From an uncultured Actinomycetota bacterium (GTDB lineage Bacteria; Actinomycetota; Actinomycetes; Propionibacteriales; DAIQRJ01): a stretch of 64,000 nucleotides of DNA. The notes below the pieces were generated by a model, which saw only the letters and a program-made list of their open reading frames with translations, was not told where the DNA came from and did no database searches. The stretch covers positions 12,815 to 76,814 of the forward strand of contig CAVRUZ010000003.1 in the NCBI GenBank assembly GCA_963724495.1, read 5' to 3'. Positions within the stretch are counted from its first letter, which is position 1, and each line of letters begins with the position of its first letter. Position numbers and translations under genes: made by a program. Below, one piece after another: positions 29,273 through 38,182 of the stretch.

Positions 29273-29447
29273 ATGGACAAGGCTGCCACGGGGCTGGGGA
29301 ACCGGCTGGCGGCGTGCCGAATCTGACGCCAGATGGTGATCGTCCTTGACGCTCGCGCTCACGAGCTGAGGGCTGACCGATCTGGAGTCAGATCTGGCAC
29401 GTGCGGTCCGGCTCACCCGGTGGCAGCGGCATCGCCGCCTGTCGTGC

Positions 29448-29939
29448 TCACTCGAGGGCGGCGGCCAGCTCGGCGATGATGACCATCTGCTCCTGCACGC
29501 CGGTTTCCATACCGGAGTTGACGATCATGTCGCGGACGTCCTGGTCGGGGCAGTCGCTCAGCAGCTCCAGGATCGTGCCGCCGTCGCGCTCGGTGAGCGT
29601 CAGTGTGTTCACCACCGGCTCGCCTTCGGGCCACGGTCCCTCGAAGTGCTCGGTCCAGACCACCCGCTGGTCAGGAACGATCTCGCGGTACTCGCCGTGG
29701 AAGGCCACCTCGTCGCCGTTGTTGCTGATCAGCACGTAGCGCCAGGCCCCGCCGACGCGGAAGTCCATCTCCACCGTCGTGGTGGTGCCGCGCTTGCCGG
29801 CCCACCATTTCTGCACGAGCTCCGGTGTGCTCCACACCCGGAACACCAGGTGCGGGGCAGCATCGAACTCGCGGGTGATGAGGATCTGAGTGTCGCTCGG
29901 AAGCGTCACCGTCGCGGATCCATTGCTGGTCGTGGTCAT
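29448..29939 (-). CDS. SRPBCC/AHSA1 family protein
   Basis: ILITREFDAAPHLVF...DFRVGGAWRY...FHGEYREIVP...SGMETG motif. Confidence 0.92.
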   Translation of the reverse strand: MTTTSNGSATVTLPSDTQILITREFDAAPHLVFRVWSTPELVQKWWAGKRGTTTTVEMDFRVGGAWRYVLISNNGDEVAFHGEYREIVPDQRVVWTEHFEGPWPEGEPVVNTLTLTERDGGTILELLSDCPDQDVRDMIVNSGMETGVQEQMVIIAELAAALE

Positions 29940-30277
29940 GGCTGTTGCCCTTCTCGCTTGAGGTCGTCGAGGACGTCGTCGATCAGGTCGAACCGCTCGT
30001 CCCAGAACTGCCGGTATTCGCTGACCCAGTCGTGCACGGGCTTCAGCGCCCGCCCGTTGAGCCGGTAGAGCCGGTGCCGCCCGTCTTCGCGTACGGAGAC
30101 GATGTCGACTTTCCGCAACACCCGCAGGTGTTTCGAGACCTGCGGCTGCTCCAGGGCCAGCTCGTCGACCAGGTCGCCCACCGTGCGTTCGCCGCCGCGG
30201 AGGGCCCGCAGGATCTGCCGCCGCCGGTCTTCGGCGATCGCGTTGAACACGTCGGTGGTCGTCGCTGCCCTGGCCAT
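29936..30277 (-). CDS. ArsR/SmtB family transcriptional regulator
   Basis: DVFNAIAEDRRRQIL...QPQVSKHLRVLR motif. ATGA overlap with the SRPBCC gene. Confidence 0.92.
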   Translation of the reverse strand: MARAATTTDVFNAIAEDRRRQILRALRGGERTVGDLVDELALEQPQVSKHLRVLRKVDIVSVREDGRHRLYRLNGRALKPVHDWVSEYRQFWDERFDLIDDVLDDLKREGQQP

Positions 30278-30348
30278 GCCGGCGAGATTACATGCCGATA
30301 TGGGAATATGTCGAGCCCCTGGCACGAACTTCTGCAGGGCAGGGGCGA

Positions 30349-31278
30349 TCAGGCTGCGGCTCTGGCGCCGAACGTGGTGATGAAGCGGAGCAGGCGGATC
30401 CCCCAGGCCTCCGCGGTCGCGCTCGGTCGGCTGAGGCGCAGCGTGTCCGCGCGTTGAGCCAGCCGTTCGCCGACGGGGGTCGCACTGGGAGCCGCACGTT
30501 GGCTGAGGCGATCAAGCTCGGCGAACTGCGGCGCGCAGGCGGCCTTGGCCGTCGTGAGCAGGAGTCGTGCGAGCCGGAGACTGGAGACGTCCGGCGTGAG
30601 CCGCTTGCCGATCGGAGCGAGTGACTCCAACGCGCAAGTGGCCACCAGTTCGGCAGTTCTGCTGCTGACGGCGCCGGTGGCCTGGTCGGTCAGCTGGCCG
30701 GGCATAGATGCGCTGACCTCGCTGGCGATGAGCCACAACGACTGGATGTCGGCGTCGAGTCGCAGGTGCAGGTCGGCGGCCTCGATGTCGCTCAGGCCGA
30801 TCTCCTCACCCGGCAGGATCGGGACAACTCCGCGGCCCTCGTAGCGAGTGACCAACGCCCGCTGGAAGGCCGCGGCGGCGAACGAACTCGGTTCGCGCCC
30901 GTCCATCAGCTCAGGGCTGTCGATGACCCAGACCAGGGGTCCGGCGTTGATCACCACGACGTGATCGGAGCCGGAGCAGACGCGCAGTGTCTTGAGCACG
31001 GCGCGTTCGGCGCGGGCTTCGGCCACCAGCACCACGTCCTGGGTTCCCGCAGGACACTCATGAGGCACACCCAGCTCAGGAGCCGGACGGCTGGCGACGC
31101 TGGTCGGCCACGGCGACGGCGTGCTCACCGCCGGTGTGGGCGTCGGCGTGGTGGCGACGGCCGATGACGAAGGCAGACCCGAGCCATGGGCCGACGGCCC
31201 GGAGACGCACCCGGCCAGACAGGCGGCCACAAGCCCCAGCGCGATGACGGCGACGGCCGCACGTTGTGCTGTCGGCAT
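30349..31278 (-). CDS. Hypothetical lipoprotein
   Basis: Signal peptide with LAGC lipobox, Pro/Thr/Ser linker and four further Cys. Confidence 0.6.
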   Translation of the reverse strand: MPTAQRAAVAVIALGLVAACLAGCVSGPSAHGSGLPSSSAVATTPTPTPAVSTPSPWPTSVASRPAPELGVPHECPAGTQDVVLVAEARAERAVLKTLRVCSGSDHVVVINAGPLVWVIDSPELMDGREPSSFAAAAFQRALVTRYEGRGVVPILPGEEIGLSDIEAADLHLRLDADIQSLWLIASEVSASMPGQLTDQATGAVSSRTAELVATCALESLAPIGKRLTPDVSSLRLARLLLTTAKAACAPQFAELDRLSQRAAPSATPVGERLAQRADTLRLSRPSATAEAWGIRLLRFITTFGARAAA

Positions 31279-31420
31279 GCCACCCCAGTCCGCGACGCGA
31301 GAACCGCGGGCAGGCGCCGGCGGATGCCCGAGCGTAGGGCGGCGACAACAGGGACGGAAGGGCCAAAGGTCACGTCAGTGCACTGAGACGCGAGCCTGAT
31401 TACTCAGTGTCAGCGGACGA

Positions 31421-32369
31421 TTACCGACCGGAATGTGTGCTTCGTGTTCGTACGTCGCTGAGCTGGATGCCGAGATGGGTGAGTTTGGCCGGGTTCACCA
31501 TGCCGTGCACGGTCAGGACCTGCCCGGCCGAGATCACGAGCGACCAGACGCCGTAGAGGTCACCGTCAGGATCGAGCATGAGCAGCGCCGGCTGGCCGCC
31601 CACCGTTGCGGGCTCGGCGCTGCCGCCCACCTCGACGAGCTGGCGGAAGATCCCGCGGACCACGAGGGCGACCGCCTCCGAGCCCTGGACCGTGCGGGTG
31701 AGGCCGCGACGCGAGTCGCCACCGTCTCCGACGAACTCGGCGTCATCGGTGAGCAGCGACACCAGCGAAGGCAGGTCGCCTTCTCGGGCAGCCCGAAAGA
31801 ACCTGCCGGCGAGCTCGTCGGCCGACTGCTTGTCCACCGGGAAGCGGGGACGACCGTCGTGGACGAGCCGGCGTGCTCGGGTCGCGATCTGACGGGTCGC
31901 ATCGACGGACTTGCCGATGATCTCCGCGATCTCGGCGAACGGGAAGACGAACACGTCGCGGAGCAACAGCACGGCTCGCTGTTCGGGTCCGAGCCGCTCC
32001 AGCAGCACGAGGAAGGCAGTCGACAGCGAGTCGGCCAGAGCCACGTCGTCGGCGAGATCGGTGCGCCCGGTCACGGCGGGTTCGGGCAGCCAAGGTCCGA
32101 CGTAGGCCTCGCGCCGCACCCGCGCCGACCGGAGGTGGTCGATGGCGAGCCGCGTGGTGATCGTCACCAGGTAGGCACGGTCGGAGTCGGGGCGCCGACC
32201 AGCCTCCAGAGCGCCACGGAGCCGGACGAAGGCGTCCTGCACCAGGTCCTCGGCATCGCTGAAGCTGCTGACCATGCGGTAGGCGATCCCCATCAACGAC
32301 TGCCGATGGTGGGCATAGGCCGTCTCGAGCCGTTCGTCTATCGTGCCCCGCTGTCAGTTCGGAATCCAT
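31421..32369 (-). CDS. ECF41 (SigJ-like) sigma factor with SnoaL-like C-terminus (frameshift near 32347)
   Basis: AYRM...DAEDLVQD, REAYVGPWLPEP, GDGG and VNPAKL signature motifs. Confidence 0.9.
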
Positions 32370-32381
32370 CACATCGAGCAT

Positions 32382-32408
32382 GACGTAGCAGCCCCTCGCT
32401 TTGTGACA
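32382..32408 (-). promoter_or_regulatory. ECF41-type promoter for the sigma gene
   Basis: Minus strand reads TGTCACA-N16-CGTC, an exact match to the ECF41 motif. Confidence 0.8.
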
Positions 32409-32414
32409 CCCGGG

Positions 32415-32441
32415 TGTCACAACCACCGACGCTGTCTCGTC
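32415..32441 (+). promoter_or_regulatory. ECF41-type promoter for doxX
   Basis: Plus strand reads TGTCACA-accaccgacgctgtct-CGTC (N16). Confidence 0.8.
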
Positions 32442-32506
32442 CAGGTCAGGGAAAGCACTCGTCGCAGTGGTCATCAACCACAGCGACATGAACTACAGGA
32501 GTCGTC

Positions 32507-32879
32507 ATGGATATCGCGCTCTGGATCGTCAGCTGCCTGCTCGCAGCGGTCTTCCTGGGTTCTGGGATCGCCAAGTCGTCGATGTCGCGCGAGCGGCTGA
32601 TCGCAACCGGACAGACCGGCATCGCCCCGTTCCCGATGCCGGTTGTGCGGATGACCGCCACGGCAGAGCTCGCGGGCGCCGTCGGACTGATCGCGCCCTG
32701 GCTCACAGGCACCGCCAAGGTGCTCACGCCGATGGCCGCCATCGGCCTCGGGCATCGTGATGTGCGGTGCGCAGATCTCGCACGCATCGCTGCGCGAACC
32801 CAAGAGCGTCGCGATCAACCTCGCCCTGCTGATCCCTTGCGCCTTCGTCGCGGCTGGTCGCCTGGCCCAGCTGTTCTGA
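32507..32879 (+). CDS. DoxX family membrane protein (frameshift near 32750)
   Basis: MDIALWIVSCLLAAVFLGSGIAK...AELAGAVGLIAP...LTPMAAIGL, with shifted tail IVMCGAQISHASLREPK. AGGAG RBS. Confidence 0.88.
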
Positions 32880-32912
32880 GAACCGGCTGTTGGCTAGACC
32901 GTGTCCGAAGCC

Positions 32913-34547
32913 TCAGTGGCTCACGGCCTTCTCGGCACCGTGGCCGGTGAGGCTGCGCACCTCCATCTCGGCCCACTTGGTCTCGTCCGCCTTCTCCCGG
33001 CTGGTAAGGGTCCCGATCACGGCGAGCAGGAATGACAGCGGGATCGTCACCAGGCCAGGGTTGTCGAGCGGGAACCAGTGGAAGTCGATCGAGGGGTCGG
33101 TGAACATCGACGGACTCTTGCCGTCGACCGCCGGCTTGCCCGACACGACCGGCGAGAACGTGATCAGCACGATGCAGGAGAGCAGTCCGCCGTAGATGCT
33201 CCAGAGTGCGCCGCGGGTGTTGAACCGCTTCCAGAACAGGGAGAACAGGATCGTCGGCAGGTTGGCGCTCGCAGCGATCGCAAAGGCCAGTGCCACCAGG
33301 AACGCGACGTTCTGGCCGTTGGCCAGGATTCCGCCGCCGATCGCGAGGAGCCCGACGACGACGGCGGTCACTCGGGCGACGCGGACCTCGCCGTCCGCAC
33401 TGACCTTGCCGCGCTTGATCACGTTGTTGTACACGTCATGCGCGAACGAGGCACTGGCGGTGATCGTCAGCCCAGCCACCACCGCGAGGATCGTCGCGAA
33501 CGCCACGGCCGCGATGATGCCGAGCAGAACCGTGCCGCCCAGTTCGAAGGCCAGTAACGGTGCCGCCGAGTTCGCCTTCCCGGGAGCCGCGAGAATCGCC
33601 TGCGGCCCGACGAGCGCGCCGGCGCCGAAGCCGAGCACGAGCGTGAACAGGTAGAACATGCCGATCAGCCAGATGGCCCACACCACGCTCCGCCTGGCCT
33701 CGCGGGCGGAGGGCACGGTGTAGAAGCGCATCAGCACGTGCGGCAGGCCGGCGGTCCCGAAGACCAGGGCTAGGGCCAGCGACAGGAAGTCGAGCTTGGT
33801 GGTGTCGGTCTTGCCGTACTGGGCACCTGGGTCGAGCAAGGCTGCCCCGTTGGGTCCTGCCTTGGCGACCGCGTCGCCGAACAGGCTCGAGAGGTTGAAG
33901 CCGTACTTGCCGAGCACCCAGACGGTCATCACGCCTGCGCCGAGAATCAGCAGGACTGCTTTGATGATCTGGACCCAGGTAGTGCCACGCATTCCACCGA
34001 GCAGGACGTAGCCGATCATCACGAACCCGACGACGGCGATCACGACGCTCTGTCCGACCTTGGACTCGACGCCCAGCAAGAGGGCCACGAGCCCGCCGGC
34101 GCCGGCCATCTGCGCCAGCAGGTAGAACAGCGTGACGATCAGTGTGCTGAGACCCGCCGCCGTACGCACCGGACGTTCCTTCAGCCGGAACGACAGCACG
34201 TCGGCCATGGTGAAGCGTCCGGTGTTACGCAGCAGTTCAGCCACCAGGAGCAGGGCCACCAGCCAGGCCACCAGGAACCCGATGGAGTAGAGGAATCCGT
34301 CGTATCCGTAGATGGCTATGGCTCCGGCGATGCCGAGGAAGCTGGCGGCGGAGAGGTAGTCGCCTGCAAGGGCGACACCGTTCTGCGGGCCGGTGAAGTT
34401 GCGGCCACCGGCATAGAACTCTGCTGCGTTGGCTTGTCGCCGCGACACCCGGAGCACGATCACCATCGTGATCGCGACGAAGATCGCGAAGATGGTGATG
34501 TTGACGGCCGGCTCTCCGACAGAGGCGGCGAGGACTGTTGGCGTCAT
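32913..34547 (-). CDS. actP: Cation/acetate symporter (sodium:solute symporter family)
   Basis: FYAGGR, QNGVALAGDYLSAASFLG, GTTWVQIIKA and GTAGLPHVLMRFYTVP motifs. Confidence 0.93.
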   Translation of the reverse strand: MTPTVLAASVGEPAVNITIFAIFVAITMVIVLRVSRRQANAAEFYAGGRNFTGPQNGVALAGDYLSAASFLGIAGAIAIYGYDGFLYSIGFLVAWLVALLLVAELLRNTGRFTMADVLSFRLKERPVRTAAGLSTLIVTLFYLLAQMAGAGGLVALLLGVESKVGQSVVIAVVGFVMIGYVLLGGMRGTTWVQIIKAVLLILGAGVMTVWVLGKYGFNLSSLFGDAVAKAGPNGAALLDPGAQYGKTDTTKLDFLSLALALVFGTAGLPHVLMRFYTVPSAREARRSVVWAIWLIGMFYLFTLVLGFGAGALVGPQAILAAPGKANSAAPLLAFELGGTVLLGIIAAVAFATILAVVAGLTITASASFAHDVYNNVIKRGKVSADGEVRVARVTAVVVGLLAIGGGILANGQNVAFLVALAFAIAASANLPTILFSLFWKRFNTRGALWSIYGGLLSCIVLITFSPVVSGKPAVDGKSPSMFTDPSIDFHWFPLDNPGLVTIPLSFLLAVIGTLTSREKADETKWAEMEVRSLTGHGAEKAVSH

Positions 34548-34912
34548 CGGTCTGCTCCCGTCCCGTGGGCGGCGGCCTGGACGGCGACGGCGTCGGCCGC
34601 CGGGTCGAACTTCCGGTCGGCCCAGCGTCGGTACACCATCGTGATGATGAACGTGGACACGAACTGGAGCAGGCCGAAGACCATGCCGACGTGCACATTG
34701 CCGACGACCTCACGGCTCATGAAGTCGTGTGCGTAGTTCGAGGCCAGGACGTACAGCAGGTACCAGACGAGAAACAGGGCCGACAGCGGAAACACGAACC
34801 TGCGGAACGTCCGGCGCAGTGCCGCGAACTCCGCGGATCCGGCAACGGCGATGTAGGCCTGCGACCGGTCGTCGGGCTCGTCGGGCGACGCGTCGGTGGG
34901 CGGGGACGTCAT
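34544..34912 (-). CDS. DUF485 (YjcH-like) membrane protein
   Basis: FAALRRTFRRFVFP...GLLQFVSTF motif. Coupled to actP. Confidence 0.92.
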   Translation of the reverse strand: MTSPPTDASPDEPDDRSQAYIAVAGSAEFAALRRTFRRFVFPLSALFLVWYLLYVLASNYAHDFMSREVVGNVHVGMVFGLLQFVSTFIITMVYRRWADRKFDPAADAVAVQAAAHGTGADR

Positions 34913-35033
34913 AGCGCTCTCCCTTTGGTGTGGTGTGCAGCACGGAGGCTAGTGCCCTGATTCCCTGTTGCCGCGGCCGGAACCGGCGACTCGCCGCACC
35001 CTGTTTCGCAGTCACCGACGCCCGTACGACCGG

Positions 35034-35853
35034 TCAGCGCGTGTCGTGGCCAGCCACCTGCGGCTCCCGTTGCCCCGTAGGCATCTCCCACGGTGCCTGC
35101 GGAAGAACCTGGCCGGTTTCCAGCAAGGACTTCAGGTTGGCGAGGACGGCCGGCCATCCCGCCGATGCTGCCTCGTAGTCGGACGTGTCGGCGAGGTTCT
35201 CGTGGGTGACGGTGAGGCGCACGATGTCTTGGTGCTGTTCCAACAGGAACGTGACCTGGCCAGGATCGCTGTCCGCAGCCTCGCCAGGTCCGCCGAATGT
35301 CACCACGAGTCGATGGGGAGGTTGGGCCTCGAGCACCGTGCCCACGATGTCGGCTACGCCGGAGCCATCGGTGCGCCGGTGCTCCCAGGTGGACCCCGGC
35401 TGCCAGTCGGAGACGTTGCTGTGCCCCCAGAACTGGGCGGTGAGGTGCGCATCGGTCAAGGCGTGCCAGACCTTCTCCTGCGTGCTGTGGACGTAAGTGA
35501 CGTAGACGTAGGTGGGCTTGCCTTCCATGTCGTACTCCTCTGCTCGTCGTTTCAGGTTGCTGAGCTCTCGTAGGCGCGGAGTCTCGAACTTGTCGATCCA
35601 CCGCTCCTGAATCTCGTGCAACGGAACGGGATTCAGGTAGTGCAACTTCTCCCGGCCACGCCAGGTCGTGCTCACCAGATTGGCGGCTTCGAGCTGCGCT
35701 AGGTGCTGTGTCACCGATTGACGCGCCATGTCGACGTCCTCGCACAGCCGGCCCAGCGTCTGCCCGTTGTGCTCGTGCAGCCGGTCCAGCAGACGGCGCC
35801 GCGTCGGGTCCGACAGCGCCCTGAAGACCACGTCATCGGTGGAGTCAGGTCAT
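35034..35853 (-). CDS. ArsR-HTH / SRPBCC fusion regulator (start at ATG 35853 needs a 1-nt correction; otherwise GTG 35831)
   Basis: VFRALSDPTRRRLLDRL...GREKLHYLNPVP followed in frame by YVTYVHSTQEKVWHALTD...GWPAVLANLKSLLETG. Confidence 0.88.
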
Positions 35854-35858
35854 CCTTC

Positions 35859-35886
35859 GATCATGCAGGTAAATACCTGCATGATC
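35859..35886. promoter_or_regulatory. Perfect inverted repeat, probable ArsR operator
   Basis: gatcatgcaggta-aa-tacctgcatgatc directly upstream of the regulator start. Confidence 0.75.
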
Positions 35887-35935
35887 AAGTCGGAGTCGGA
35901 CCACGGTTCGCTCGATCGTGCCGCTCGGCTCCGCG

Positions 35936-36349
35936 CTAGGCGGGTAGGGAGTGCCAGCCCTCGGCAAGCCAGTCGCGAACCTCGCCGTCGACGTCGGCCG
36001 CGGTCTGGAGGTTGACCACGTGGTACCAGCGCGATCCCGAGACCGCCGGCTTGCGGGCGATCCGCGGGCTCTCGATCTTCCGCGGCATCGGGAAGGAGAG
36101 CGCCACCCACTTACGCATCGGCCGGAGCTCGACGAAACTTCTGTCCCGCTTGAGGAAGATGCCGACGGCCACCGGCTCGACATGTACGTCGCCCAGCGAG
36201 TCGAGGTGTGCGAACACGGCATCGAAGATCGGCCGTTCCCGTTCGTCCGCGGTGGCGAAGTAGTCGTCGAGGCTCAGCGCCGGAGAGCACTCGTGTGACT
36301 GGACCGCTCGCCCGAACCGTCGCCCGCAGTCGGGACACACCCATGCCAT
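35936..36349 (-). CDS. DUF5655-like protein with N-terminal zinc-binding motif
   Basis: MAWVCPDCGRRFG...SHEC and DVDGEVRDWLAE motifs. Confidence 0.75.
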   Translation of the reverse strand: MAWVCPDCGRRFGRAVQSHECSPALSLDDYFATADERERPIFDAVFAHLDSLGDVHVEPVAVGIFLKRDRSFVELRPMRKWVALSFPMPRKIESPRIARKPAVSGSRWYHVVNLQTAADVDGEVRDWLAEGWHSLPA

Positions 36350-36398
36350 CGCCCGACCCTCCCCGAGATTCCCGGCCGGCGCCACCCGATCCAGGCGG

Positions 36399-38166
36399 TC
36401 AGTCGTTGGGTTTCGGCTTGCGCGAGCGGGCCCAGTCGAACGCGAGCTGGCTGGCACCCTCTCCTCGGCCCACGCCGACACGGCGCGTCGTCCACCGCAC
36501 GTAGGTGCCGTCGGCCCGCCGCGTCATCGACGGCTGCCGCCTCACCACGATGCCCTCGCGTGGAACCTCGGCATCCTTGAGCACCTTGGTCTCCGCAGCG
36601 TTGAGGAGTTTGCCCAACGGAGCAACGGCATTCCCCTCGATGTCGGGCATCGCGCCCTGGACAAGCTCGATCGCCCGATACCCCGACGTCCTCGGCAGGT
36701 AGGGGATCCATCGTCCAGGCACTGCCGTCTGCAGGAGGTAGTCGAGTTCGGCTCGGTCGACCGGTCCAGGATCGGGCACGTTGAAGCCGTCCCGTTCGCG
36801 ACTGCGGTCGCGGGCCTCACCGCTCGGGCCGGTGACGTTGCGCTCGACCGCCCAGGCCAGGTTGGCCATCTCGTCGCGCAGGAACAGCACCTCCTCGATC
36901 GGCGGCCCGTCGTTGACGGCCACCGCTCCCGGCGGCACCATCAGCCCATCGGCCGATTCGCCCGCAGCGTTGGTGATCGCGTACATCCGCCAGTGACCGT
37001 CGGTGCTGACCTCGTGCGTGGGGAGCACGTGGTAGCGCTCGCCGAAGGTGGTGACGAACAGCACCGACTCCACCGTGGTCAACGAGCCGACGGCCACATC
37101 GACGGGCACGACCAGCCAGTCGTTGCCGTAGGTGAGCGCGAACTCGGCCAGGAGCAGCCGGGCCAGGTCCCACGGCTCCGCCTCGACGAGGCCGAGGTTC
37201 ACCTGGGCGTCCTCCATCTCCCACAACCGGTCCGACGGCATGCCGGGATAGCGCAGCGGACTCGCCAGCAGGGCATGGACTTCCCTCTCGAGCCGGCGCC
37301 GCGCCGCCGTCGGGCTCGGGCAGCTCGGTGTCGGAGGCGTCGAAGGAGTGCCAGGCGATCTCCCCGCCGCCGTGAGCTGGTGCGGCCAGTACCGAGGGAC
37401 CGGCTCCCACCCGGAAGCGGTACTCCAGCCGGTCGCCCACCCAGGCGTCCTCACCGCCGGCCGGTGGCGAGACCTCCGACCGGTACCACGCCAGCCAGGT
37501 CGAGGTCATGTCCTGCAGCCCGGCCTGCTCGCCGGGGTCGGCGGGCACGAGCCAGGCCGGCAGGTCCGGCCGCGCGCCCTCGAGTGCGGCGGCGGCCGCC
37601 TCGGCGTCGGCAACCGGCCGGCCGGCCAGGAGACGCGAGAGCCGGACGAACGCCGGGTCGAGCGACGCGTGCGCACCGTCGGGGTGGTGCAACGGGTCCA
37701 GGTCGAGCGGACACGCCGCGACGACGGCGTCCTTGTACGGCCCGGGATCGGCGAACCCGCCGTCGTCGAAAGCGGCGAGCAGAGCAGCCGCCGCCTCCGC
37801 CCGGGCGCGGAGCCCGGGACCGAGCGGGTCGGGCTGGGGCTCTGCTTCGACCAGCGGCTCGAGCAGGTCGTGGCCGCCGAGGGCACGAGAAGAGCCGCCC
37901 TCGGTGCCGGCCGCCCAGCGGTCCACGGGTACCGATCGCGTCACCACCCGCACGGTCAGCGGCGACCCGGCGTCCTCACCCTCGAACTCACCCAGCTGCC
38001 ACTGCCGGCCGAGGAACCACAGCGGGTCGTGGACTCGGGCTTCGAGTCCGGGCCGTGGATCGCCGCCGTACGACTGCGGTTCCAGCCTGGTCCACGTCGG
38101 CGGCTTGGCCAACGAGAACGACAGATTGGAGATCTCCACCGCGGTGTCGAGGAAGTCGAATGTCAT
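36399..38166 (-). CDS. Operon gene D: uncharacterised protein, about 588 aa (frameshift near 37293)
   Basis: Joins ORF 36817..38166 (WTRLEP...ARVHDPLWFLGRQWQLGEFEGEDAGSP) to ORF 36399..37454 (YPGMP..RLWEMED...EFALTYGNDW...FLRDEMANLAWAVE...EVPREG). Host-like codon bias. Confidence 0.85.
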
Positions 38167-38182
38167 GGCTGCCTAACCCTCA

